The notes under the pieces were generated by a model. The model saw only the letters and a program-made list of their open reading frames with translations. It did not search any database and was not told the origin of the DNA. This document shows positions 23,847 through 33,113 of a stretch of 33,113 nt of DNA, piece by piece (the first letter of the stretch is position 1; every line of letters starts with the position of its first letter). Position numbers and translations under genes: made by a program. The stretch covers positions 44,572,697-44,605,809 of the forward strand of contig NC_068983.1 of NCBI RefSeq assembly GCF_001194135.2, in the 5' to 3' direction. The DNA comes from Octopus bimaculoides. Its lineage: Eukaryota.

Positions 23847-24199
23847 TTACATTATTTACAATTGATGGATATTTGTCCTCATCTTGTTTGTTGTTAACGT
23901 TTCGGTTGATATACCCTCCAGCCTTCATCAGGTGTCTTGGGGAAATTTCAAACTTGGGTTCTCGTTCCTAAGGTATTTTTCGATGTTGTTTTTATTATTA
24001 TTATTATTATTATTAACCTTCGTCCTGTCTTTGTCCTTATATGTTTTTAATTGATATTAGCCCTTGTGGCCAATAAAACGAATTTATTATTATTATTATT
24101 ATTATCATTATTATTATTATTATTAAGATCACTGCCTGGAATTGAACTTGGAATCTTGGGATTAGTAGCCCGCGCTCTTAACTACTACACCATATGCCC
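23847..24199 (-). mobile_element. tRNA-head + (AAT)n + hammerhead-motif element, left copy (contains a small insert at ~24015-24085)
   Basis: Reverse complement of 24200-24488; head GGGCATATGGTGTAGTAGTTAAGAGCGCGGGCTACTAATCCCAAGATTCCAAGTTCAATTCCAGGC has Pol III A/B-box-like motifs. Confidence 0.8.
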
Positions 24200-24259
24200 A
24201 TGGTGGTTAGGAGCACGGGCTACTAACCCTAAGATTCTGAGTTTGATTCCAGGCAGTGA

Positions 24260-24301
<42 letters not shown>

Positions 24302-24488
24302 CAACATCGAAAAATACCTTAGGAATGAAAACCCAGGTTCAAAATTTCCCCAAGACACCTGATGAAGGCTGGAAGGTATATCAGCCGAAATGTTGTGTTA
24401 ACAACAAACAAGATGAGGACAAATATCAGTCAATTGTAAATAATGTAAATAATGTACATAATTCCTCATCTCTTAAATATAGAATTGT
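24200..24488 (+). mobile_element. tRNA-head + (AAT)n + hammerhead-motif element, right copy
   Basis: 5'-clipped head 24200-24263, (AAT)n to about 24300, body containing CTGATGA...GAAA, 3' end CTTAAATATAGAATTG. Confidence 0.8.
24354..24399 (+). ncRNA. Minimal type I hammerhead ribozyme motif
   Basis: Stem I GACAC/GTGTT; core CTGATGA plus an extra A; stem II GGCTG/CAGCC; GAAA; predicted cleavage after GTT (24394). Position 15.2 is T here and C in the left copy. Confidence 0.7.
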
Positions 24489-24634
24489 AATCAATTTTAC
24501 GTTGACAAACGTATTTGAAGAGTCCGAAACCTAGGTACTGTATTAAAGTACAAGTGAGGGTATATAAACCTCAGAGGGATAGAAATATCCAAGATTAGAC
24601 TGGTTGAATACCTTATAATATAGGCACATACATA

Positions 24635-24665
<31 letters not shown>

Positions 24666-24911
24666 AAAACCAAGAGAGAAGATGGAGATAAGATTAATAA
24701 AAATGTATTAATACACTGACAAGACCTACAATTATTTCAATTGATTCAATACATCAATATGAATTGACAATATGAAATAAGTCTTTTGGACTGATAAGGG
24801 ATGTTACAAGGCCTACCTCATGGTTAGTTTTTAAAAGTCTTAACCAAAACAAGCTACAGTGAAGAAGACAAAAAAGATGAAGCGGAAAGAGGATTTAATT
24901 ACAATACTGAC

Positions 24912-24974
24912 CCATTTGGTTTATGCTTCTTGAAAATGCTATTAACACAATTTCTTATGTAGCCAGCCATATTT
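24912..24974 (-). CDS. JAK: Probable JAK FERM F2 exon (R-NMAGYIRNCVNSIFKKHKPN-G)
   Basis: 63 nt, phase 2-2. Acceptor TTCTATTTCAG, donor G|GTCAGT; only one frame is open. Loosely resembles JAK ..R.IR...F. Confidence 0.55.
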
Positions 24975-25019
24975 CTGAAATAGAATATTGATAATATAGA
25001 GATTGTGACTGAGTATGAC

Positions 25020-25542
25020 AACAAAAGAATGAATGAGACCTCGATATTATGTAAATAAAGGAATTTATCTGTAATATAATATGTGACAATTATTCGGTTG
25101 CTACCAAATCATTGTCACTACTAATATATACTTTTGTTATTTACACCACCTGTCCTCGTCTGTTGTTATTTTTTGTATATTCTCCCACATATAATACACG
25201 CTCACGTGGTCGCACCAGCTAATCCTGTCTCCTCTCATCACACACTACCAACTTTTGGATTCTACCTTCTTTCCTTCTGGATCTGGACTGTTTGATTCTG
25301 AACTTTATACCCTCCGGCCGCACCTCTCCTACCCACGGATTACACTGGACCCATCTTCTGATTGGAAATCGCTTCAATATACCACGACGTCTAAAAAACT
25401 TTTGAACTTTTCCACTTTTGTAAACCTCCTTTATCATCCTTTTTTCTCCGTGTTTTTCTCCTTGTCTCCGTATTCTTTCTGTTGAAGAGCGTAGCTCGAA
25501 ACGTCAAAGACTTTCCGTATTCCCGAGCGTCATACTAATATA
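25020..25542 (+). mobile_element. Probable Penelope-like element terminal repeat
   Basis: Non-coding pyrimidine-rich repeat ending in a hammerhead-like motif, a known trait of Penelope-like terminal repeats. No GIY-YIG or RT sequence was seen. Confidence 0.45.
25474..25510 (+). ncRNA. Hammerhead-like motif with variant core (CUGUUGA)
   Basis: TCTTT-CTGTTGA-A-GAGC-GTA-GCTC-GAAA-C-GTC-AAAGA: perfect 5-bp stem I, 4-bp stem II, GUC site. Confidence 0.55.
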
Positions 25543-25942
25543 NNNNNNNNNNNNNNNNNNNNNNNNNNNNNNNNNNNNNNNNNNNNNNNNNNNNNNNNNN
25601 NNNNNNNNNNNNNNNNNNNNNNNNNNNNNNNNNNNNNNNNNNNNNNNNNNNNNNNNNNNNNNNNNNNNNNNNNNNNNNNNNNNNNNNNNNNNNNNNNNNN
25701 NNNNNNNNNNNNNNNNNNNNNNNNNNNNNNNNNNNNNNNNNNNNNNNNNNNNNNNNNNNNNNNNNNNNNNNNNNNNNNNNNNNNNNNNNNNNNNNNNNNN
25801 NNNNNNNNNNNNNNNNNNNNNNNNNNNNNNNNNGAAGAATATGTATGTATGTATTCAAATAATAAGCAACACGGATTTCAAAAGTGATTGCAGTACGCAC
25901 GTTTCATGCTACTTCAATTTATTTAAGTAATGTGAGCATTAC

Positions 25943-25972
25943 CTTAAATGCAATATGAAGAGCAATCTTCAG
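25943..25972 (-). CDS. Candidate 30-nt micro-exon (LKIALHIAFK)
   Basis: Long pyrimidine tract + GTGCAG acceptor and AAG|GTAATG donor; phase 0-0 is the only open frame. Neighbouring exons were not found. Confidence 0.3.
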
Positions 25973-27069
25973 CTGCACGAAAAAATGTATAAAAAAAGAC
26001 ATATTACAAATGTGGCAACATATTAAAACCAAGTGGGAGAGAGCAGAGGAAGAATATGTATGTATGTATTCATGTAACAGGTTATGTTGCACTTAAATTG
26101 TTCAAACTCTGTGAGACAGTATAATAATCAATATGGAAAAGAAAATATTGCTTACAGATTTTATTTGCACATAGGGTCAGTATACAGGGCTAGAGTAATA
26201 GTCAGCAGTTTAGTGGCACAAGCAGAATGAGAGAAATGAAGCTCACGGTACCCTTAGATGTCTGTTAGGCAAAGCTGCTTTCAAGAAGGTGAAACACAAA
26301 AAAATACTGACTGTAGATATTCCTTGTGGGTTCTTATTTATACCTATGAGAAAAGCTGAATGTATGTTGGACAATAAAAGAATGTAATTTGTCTTATCTA
26401 TGTTAGTCTCCAGTTGGCCAAAAAATGCTCAATTAACTAAGATAAGAGTGACAGGCAACCTCATAAATTTCCTAGTACTAATGCCTAAAACAAAGGACAG
26501 TATCTCTCATGAAAATCCAAGGCTTAGGTTTTGATTCTTGGCTAAAAATCCAATAAATGTTTCTTATAAACATATAAGTGTGTGTATGTGTGGGTGGGTG
26601 TGTAAGTGTGTGTATGTGTGGGTGGGTGTGTAAGTGTGTGAGTATATATGTTTAGGTGCATGAGTATGTGTGTATATATACATGTGGTATTGTGTGAAGA
26701 CCATGTGCACAATGGTGACAGCAAGTGGGGCAGATACATTAGAATTACCAGTGAACTAGACTACCCACTGGGGTTGGTGGTGATGTACAAGATAAGGTGT
26801 ATGTATTGTGTATAGCCATTTGTTTGCTTGTTTTGAATATGCAAAGGAACGCATTATTTAAAAAGAGTTTTGGTTAATGTTAAGATCTGCACTTATGGTG
26901 AGTACTTAGGTTAAAGCTACAAGTATGTTTTACTTTTATCTTTCATGCGCCGTGTTAAAATAATACTTTTTTTTATATATTTTCCTGACGTGTGTGTTCA
27001 TTCAGTTCATGTCATGTTTAATGGTGACTCACTGTTGATAAATACCCAAGACTTGTTCGTCAAAAACAT

Positions 27070-27260
27070 GCTTTGTTTCAACAAGACAATGCAAAGCCAC
27101 ATACCACCAGAAAGACCAGCAACAAGATTGAAGAATTGGATGGTATGGAAGTTCTGCTGCACCCTGCCTCTAGTCCAGGCATTGCTCCATCTGACTATGG
27201 TCTCTTCTGATCAATGTAGCTAGCATATTATGAAAGGTCGCTGATTTGAGTCATTTGATG
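27070..27260 (+). mobile_element. Decayed mariner transposase catalytic fragment
   Basis: Frame from 27070 reads ALFQQDNAKPHTTRKTSNKIEELDGMEVLLHPASSPGIAPSDYGLF*SM*, matching mariner QDNARPH and HP.YSPDLAPSDY.LF. Confidence 0.85.
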
Positions 27261-28651
27261 AAGCTACAAGGGATAGCATGCATTTTTGTCTGTCTCCTGT
27301 CAAAGCTTGTTTCTCCAGTGTTCACCACTTCAACTCGTTATGGCTTAACAGCCTTTACTGTTTGTTTTAACTGTCCTGTTTTTGTTATCAACTTCGACCC
27401 TCCGCAAATCCCAAATTTTATTTAATTTACTTTGCAGGAGCGACTGTTTTGATGAAGACGGATCTTGTCCAAACACTCGAAATGTGGAGTAGATAAAACA
27501 GTGGACAACTGATGAAGGGATTCTTCTTTATGTTTCCTGCCTCGTTTTTCTATTTGTTTCTTTCATTGTTCACAAAAAAGTTCATTTTCCATGTTTTTGT
27601 ATTTCATGTTGTTTACATTTTTTGATGTCCTGTACCCATATATGCATGTGTATATACATATATATGTAAGTATGTACATGTATGTATGTATATATGCATA
27701 TATATATATATTATTTATATTATTATATATATATATTTCTCTAATTTTGTCACAGATTGGCTGACCGAAAATTCTAAGATTTTTCATTTCTTTTTCGATA
27801 TTATCAGCATTTACTGTTTCATTGAATAATGTTACTCAAAATCTCAAAAGAATATTTTTCTCCCTCGTGTTCTTACCCTGACCACCCTAACTCTGCCCCC
27901 CCTCTCTCTCTCTGTTTTGATTACCACTTGCTTCGCCAACACTTCCTCCTCCTCCTCCTCCTCACCACCTCGCCCTATATAAACTAGCGCACACACTCGG
28001 ATTCCCCTACTCGATTTTAAATAACTCCACCGACAGAATACAAATCCCGTCAAACAGTCCAACCCATGCCAACATGGAAAACAGACGTTAAACGATGATG
28101 ACAATGATGATGATGATAATGACAACTGTATAATTATTATTATTATTATATTTGTACCTCAATCGAGTCAGATCTAATAACGGAAATGTTTCAAATCTGT
28201 CCAAAAATGTTTTTATGCCCATTCACTTTGTCAATGAAGTTTTACAGGGTATTCAAAAAAAAAAAAAAAAAAAATCCTTTTTCTGTAAAATAGGATGATT
28301 GCAAATTTTGATATTGAACACACACACCCCCAACCTTACTCCTGAAATTTTAGTGGATGCAAGCACACTCACTGTTCCCAAGCCTATGCGTAAAGAAGCA
28401 ACATTTAGCACAATTATTAATCCAGCAGGATGCTGTTGGTAACCCACCTCAAGAGTTTATTGACACTATGTGCAACTACAAAAACGCCAGCAGTCTTTCG
28501 ATAACCATACACGAAAAGTGGAAGTCTTTCTTCGGAAATTTCCATAAAAATATTTTTATTTCTTTAATTTTCTGAATCGCTTGTATCTATGTATACATGT
28601 GTTTATGTGTGTGTATGTATATTTATGTAAGTATATGTATATCTATATGTG

Positions 28652-28935
28652 GTTGGCACTCAGTCGGTTACGACGACGCGGGTTCCAGTTGATCCGATCA
28701 ACGGAACAGCCTGCTCGTGAAATTAACGTGCAAGTGGCTGAGCACTCCACAGACACGTGTACCCTTAACGTAGTTCTCAGGGATATTCAGCCTGACACAG
28801 TGTGACAAGGCTGACCCTTTGAAATACAGGCACAACAGAAACAGGAAGAAAGAATGAGAGAAAGTTGTGGTGAAAGAGTACAGCAGGGTTCGCCACCATT
28901 CCCTGTCGGAGCTTTGTGGTGTTTTCGCTCAATAA
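28652..28935 (-). mobile_element. tRNA-derived SINE, family C (runs into the gap)
   Basis: Reverse complement of 1-335. Confidence 0.85.
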
Positions 28936-29534
28936 NNNNNNNNNNNNNNNNNNNNNNNNNNNNNNNNNNNNNNNNNNNNNNNNNNNNNNNNNNNNNNNNN
29001 NNNNNNNNNNNNNNNNNNNNNNNNNNNNNNNNNNNNNNNNNNNNNNNNNNNNNNNNNNNNNNNNNNNNNNNNNNNNNNNNNNNNNNNNNNNNNNNNNNNN
29101 NNNNNNNNNNNNNNNNNNNNNNNNNNNNNNNNNNNNNNNNNNNNNNNNNNNNNNNNNNNNNNNNNNNNNNNNNNNNNNNNNNNNNNNNNNNNNNNNNNNN
29201 NNNNNNNNNNNNNNNNNNNNNNNNNNNNNNNNNNNNNNNNNNNNNNNNNNNNNNNNNNNNNNNNNNNNNNNNNNNNNNNNNNNNNNNNNNNNNNNNNNNN
29301 NNNNNNNNNNNNNNNNNNNNNNNNNNNNAGATTTCTCTGTGCCGTCGGTTGAAATATTCGCCTTAATCATCAACATTAAAGATACTGAATATACATACGT
29401 CATGATATTATGTAAGGTGTATTTAATCTGTACATTCCATGTACTATCAACAAATGACTGACTTTCATTGACCTTGTTTAAGAAATTGAATAAAAAGGTT
29501 ACTTTGTTTTTGTTTTTTTCACGTGTAATGCCAT

Positions 29535-29752
29535 CATGAGAGGGTGCCGAAAAGTCCCTGGGTTTGGATAAAAGAACATACAGGAGAATCAGTTAATTAT
29601 GATTTTATTCAACACATTTCCCTCTCAGATTCACACACAGCAGCAGCGGTCCTTCAGTTTTTCTAAGCCCTGTGAAAGAACTCGGAAAGTTGGTCTCCAA
29701 CCATGCCCTTCTCGAGACCCTTAAAGCCAAAAAATTTTCAGCACCCCATCAT
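29535..29752. mobile_element. mariner-derived MITE
   Basis: Imperfect inverted termini GAGAGGGTGCCGAAAAGTCCCTGGGTTT / AAAGCCAAAAAATTTTCAGCACCCCATC; TA at the right end. Confidence 0.65.
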
Positions 29753-29978
29753 ACACACACACACACACAGATATATATCTTTCCAGCATTCCCTCGTATA
29801 CAATTATGTACAAATCTTGTTGCCAGTTAATAACTGATTTAAAATATTCTTTGTTACTTTGTTTATAGTATTTAACTTAGCGATCGTTGAAATTAGGCAT
29901 AACTTAGCGATCGGTTGACTTACAACACTGTTTTTTGTCTTGAGTTTACTTGGTAGAATCTGTTTTACCAAGAGAAAA

Positions 29979-30212
29979 GGCGGCGAGCTGGCAGAAACGT
30001 TAGCACCCCGGGCGAAATACTTAGCGGTATTTCGTCTGCCGTTACGTTCTGAGTTCAAATTCCGCCGAGGTCGACTTTGCCTTTCATCCTTTCGGGGTCG
30101 ATTAAATAAGTACCAGTTACGCACTGCGGTCGATATACTCGACTCAATCCGTTTGTCTGTCCTTGTTTGTCCCCTCTATGTTTAGCCCCTTGTAGGTAGT
30201 AAAGAAATAAGA
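29979..30212 (+). mobile_element. tRNA-derived SINE, family A, full length
   Basis: Matches 11108-11342; flanked by the 12-bp duplication TTTACCAAGAGA (29964-29975 and 30219-30230). Confidence 0.88.
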
Positions 30213-30223
30213 ATATGCTTTAC

Positions 30224-30525
30224 CAAGAGATTGGATGTCTTCAACACATTCACAAATATTATGTTGGGCTTTACGTCTAGGCATAATCTGAGAGCTGAAT
30301 GGCGACAACAAGGTCAAGGTGAGCTCTAATTGGCTGTATGCAAATGAGTTCATTGCTGGGTTCCAGAACTCTTGTGGAGAAAAAAATTCGCAACCGGAAC
30401 AAAATGAGTAACTTCTGATTTCTTGTTTTATTCCTTTAACCCGTTTGAAAGCATTACATTGCAAGTACTGCATCATTTTCTGCTGTTGCATTATCTTTGG
30501 ATGTAAAAACTGGTCAATACGGTAC
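30224..30525 (-). CDS. Candidate N-terminal/FERM F1 exon of the JAK gene (...LELTLTLLSPFSSQIMPRRKAQHNICECVEDIQSL-G)
   Basis: 100 stop-free codons in non-repeat DNA. Phase-1 donor G|GTAAAG, like JAK2 EEICIAASKAC-G|. The acceptor is weak. Confidence 0.35.
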
Positions 30526-30963
30526 CTGATGATGCACCAAGGCGCAAAATAATTTCATTATATTAGTCCACTTCCTCGAGTCATTTCCATATAAATTTAA
30601 CAAAGCTAGCGGGGTAGCACACAGCTGTCATTATACCAACATATTTTGGCACCCAAAATTTCCCACATGTCACACCCTACAATCTTTAGAGATGGAATAG
30701 TCATGGCTAAATATATTTGAGTATAGGTTTGCCCGATAGCAGAGGAGAGACATGAAAACGTATGAGGAAACAAAAAATCAATATCTGTATGAATAATCCG
30801 AAACGTCTCCCAACTCCAAAAAATTTTCAAATTCCATTATAACTCAAATATCCACTATTTAAAATATATCTCCGAAAATTTTCATTTTTTTTTTTTTGCT
30901 TTTTTACAAAAAGCTGGCGGGGGAGCACACATCTTATGCTATACTAATATATGTTGGCCCTAA

Positions 30964-31056
30964 GGCGGCGAGCTGGCAGAAACATTAGCACGCCGGGCGA
31001 AATACTTAGCGGTATTTCGTCTGCTGTTACGTTCTGAGTTCAAATTCCACCGAGGT
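30964..31056 (+). mobile_element. SINE family A head only, joined to the 5' leader of the following ORF1
   Basis: Matches the other family-A copies up to CGAGGT, then diverges. Confidence 0.8.
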
Positions 31057-31122
31057 GGAACTTGTTAGAACTGCTGCTGTTGTTAATTTGTTAATTGTTG
31101 TTTTGTTCCTCATTGTGGGAAA

Positions 31123-32209
31123 ATGAAGATGCAGGAGGGAGGCCCAAATTATGCGGCCGCAACGAGCAGAGGAGTAGACGTGCAAGAGTTGGAGGTCCAC
31201 GAGATAAAAGTGGAGCCTGGAGAGATGAAGGAGAGTAAAAGATTAATCTCAAAAGAAGGTAACACTCTGAAATTAACGCTACCTGAAGAGATTTCGGACT
31301 TTGTGTTAAGAAAAATTGTGATATTCAAAACTATGAAGACAGCTACAAGAAAAATAGGGGTTGCACTGATAGAAGCCATAGAGGAGTGTATCAAAGAATT
31401 GAAAAAACTTACAACTGACATTACATGAGGGAGAAAATACGCCACTGTGGAGGTGCGCTTCACAATAGAGGAGGAAGTAATAAAGCACTCCACAGAGGCT
31501 ATAAGGTCAGAAGAATGGGTGCTCCTGCCTTCGTACTGCGGCAAACGTGTGGCCAAAGTGCGGGTGGGTAGGGTGCCACCCGAATTAAAGGAAGAAGGAC
31601 TGATGACAGCAATAACATAATATGAAGGGTGGGAAGATTTTGAAGGCTACCAGGACCCAGAAAGTAAACTACTGAGGATATGGTATCGAATTGACAATAC
31701 AGGCAACTACTTAGGATTTGAACGGTGTAGTGGACGAGATTGTGCTGCCAGAAGATGTAAGATTGAGAGTCAGTGTAGAGGGAAAGCCGCCGATATGTTT
31801 CACATGTGGAGAGAGGAGCCACATGAAGGCGTGGTGCACCCAAAGAGTACAACAAGCAGAACAGGTGGAGAGACAGGAGAGAGTGGACCAGATCATGGTA
31901 ACAGAAAAAGAAACAGAGAATGGATTTACTATGGTTAAAAAGAAAAGGAGGAGCGGGGGAATGAGTTCCCCGCCAGAGAAGCAGAAAAAGAAGAGAGAAG
32001 AAGTGAGAAAAGAAACTCTGAAGGAGGTTAGTAAGAAGAAAGAAAAAAGGGAAAGTAAAAAGAAAGTGGAGTTACCAATAAAGATACCGGATGTTCCAGT
32101 GGAGGAAGATTTGGAAATGCAACTGCAGGAAGGAGAGTTGGAGAGATTATTTAGGATAGAGGAAGGAAAAAGAGAACAAAAAGTACAAGATAAAGGAAAG
32201 AAGAAATGA
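31123..32209 (+). pseudogene. Decayed ORF1 (gag-like, RRM-like region + CCHC zinc knuckle) of an L1/Tx1-type non-LTR retrotransposon
   Basis: The frame from 31123 continues through a TGA (31426) and a TAA (about 31618): ...ITXGRKYATVEVRF...VAKVRVGRVPPE. After a frameshift it reads VSVEGKPPICFTCGERSHMKAWC (CX2CX4HX4C) and a K/E-rich tail. No ORF2 follows. Confidence 0.8.
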
Positions 32210-32285
32210 GGAGGAGATGGAGTGTGGTATTATGTGACATACCCAAAGAATGTTGAAGCAGAAAAAACAATAATTAAGTTTCATT

Positions 32286-32607
32286 TGTAGTAACGCCGTG
32301 CGCATGCGTAGAATTAAACAACCAAGCGTTCCCACTCAATTCATTCTCTTTCTCGCTGGCCAGCGATTGAGCATGGACGTATTTAAGCTGTCTCTCTACA
32401 TCTTTCGGACTTACACTCGACAGCTCGCTCACAACTACAGAACAACGTCCCAACAACTATGCTCCAAGAACTAAAGATGTATATATTTACCACCTAAATA
32501 AAGTGTCGTTTAAGTTGATAGTCTGGAGTTCAGCGTTCCGTTATATTCTAAGTTTATAGTAGGAAAGTCAGGTATACGTCTAAAGAAGTATAACCCACTT
32601 TCCTATA
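32286..32607 (+). mobile_element. 5' LTR of a Gypsy-type LTR retrotransposon
   Basis: Starts TGTAGT, ends CCTATA, TATTTAA box, AATAAA near 32489, followed after one base by a tRNA primer binding site. Confidence 0.7.
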
Positions 32608-32608
32608 C

Positions 32609-32640
32609 TGGTGACCCCGACGTGATTCGAACACGCAGCC
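32609..32640 (+). other. tRNA-Trp primer binding site, extended to 32 nt; second partial site at 32674-32687
   Basis: TGGTGACCCCGACGTGATTCGAACACGCAGCC is the reverse complement of the 3' end of eukaryotic tRNA-Trp(CCA) including the CCA tail, as recalled. The first 18 nt are the classic Trp PBS. Confidence 0.85.
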
Positions 32641-33113
32641 CGCTGAGCTGCAATAACCCACTTTCTACTAAAGTGGTGACCCCCGACGAAGAAAAAACGC
32701 AGTATGAATTCTGGACTACCAACTTATAACTGGTGAACTGGACTAAAGAACAAATACGGCCATGGAGACCGAACTACATATTACCAACATCTCCAACCAT
32801 AGTCAACACGACTCAACAAGAGCGGTTTTTATTCTCGCCTCTGTTAGAGTGGATTTTTCCACTCACGAAAAACAGACAGGAATTACGGCCTGCTTTTTAT
32901 TATGTTCTTATATGTCGCATTCACACTCTCACATATACATACATATTTTATGCCACACAATAACTCTTGTTATTCATTTCATACAGTTGTTGTTTTTTTC
33001 TATCGTCTCATTACTGGTATTTACGAATTCACTAATGTTCGTAGTATAACGTAATTACTTGTATATCATCTTTGATATATATTTTGGTTTCGACCGTGAC
33101 ACGTTTAAATAAA

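Larger units (their letters stand above)
2539..30525 (-). other. JAK: JAK-family tyrosine kinase gene (FERM-SH2-pseudokinase-kinase), multi-exon, 3' end outside the window
   Basis: Exons 17613-17345, 16234-16115, 13890-13772, 12350-12138, 10501-10362, 9159-9021, 6912-6720 and 4567-4320 join in one open frame with matching intron phases, followed by a gap-truncated exon ending at 2539. The order SH2-like, HGN/DAG pseudokinase, then second kinase is diagnostic of JAKs. The upstream limit depends on low-confidence FERM exons. Confidence 0.9.

Noticed and set aside
24127-24263. Functional tRNA genes
   Set aside because: These are SINE-type heads with degenerate cloverleaves and no T-run terminator. 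No complete tRNA gene was seen in the window.
27440-27520. Third hammerhead-like motif (TTGATGAAGAC...GTCCAAAC; CTGATGAAGGG)
   Set aside because: Core bases and the cleavage triplet are not in register, and no stem I was found.
28448-28545. MEISEERLPLFVYGYRKTAGVFVVAHSVNKLLR with a phase-2 donor, as a FERM F1 exon
   Set aside because: The donor and position are suggestive, but no usable acceptor exists (the nearest CAG leads to a stop). Left unannotated pending RNA evidence.
32415-32460. Possible non-coding first exon of the JAK gene (minus-strand donor GTAAGT at 32414)
   Set aside because: Falls inside the LTR, which explains the CpG-rich, promoter-like sequence; nothing links it to the gene.
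32733-33049. gag ORF after the PBS
   Set aside because: The short ORFs show no gag motif; the internal region looks decayed or absent.

Overview
AT-rich, repeat-dense eukaryotic genomic scaffold with six N gaps. The SINE/LINE/MITE families suggest an Octopus-type cephalopod; this is inference from recalled repeats, not a database result. The window is mostly introns of one minus-strand Janus kinase (JAK)-family gene. Eight consecutive exons join in frame with GT-AG boundaries: SH2-like domain, SH2-JH2 linker, JH2 pseudokinase (HGN and DAG in place of HRD and DFG) and JH2-JH1 linker. A ninth, gap-truncated exon encodes part of the JH1 N-lobe. Several probable FERM exons lie upstream, and the 3' end of the gene lies beyond position 1. 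The introns hold tRNA-derived SINEs, RTE-type LINE tails, mariner, pogo and hAT remnants, a Gypsy-type solo LTR, a second LTR with a tRNA-Trp primer binding site, a decayed L1/Tx1-type ORF1 and simple repeats. The most unusual observations are: (i) a ~640-bp palindrome of two head-to-head elements, each combining a tRNA-like head, (AAT)n and a minimal hammerhead ribozyme motif; (ii) a second hammerhead-like motif with a variant core; (iii) an LTR whose primer site copies the tRNA-Trp primer well past the usual 18 nt and is duplicated. Most long ORFs in the supplied track are artefacts of microsatellites or N runs.
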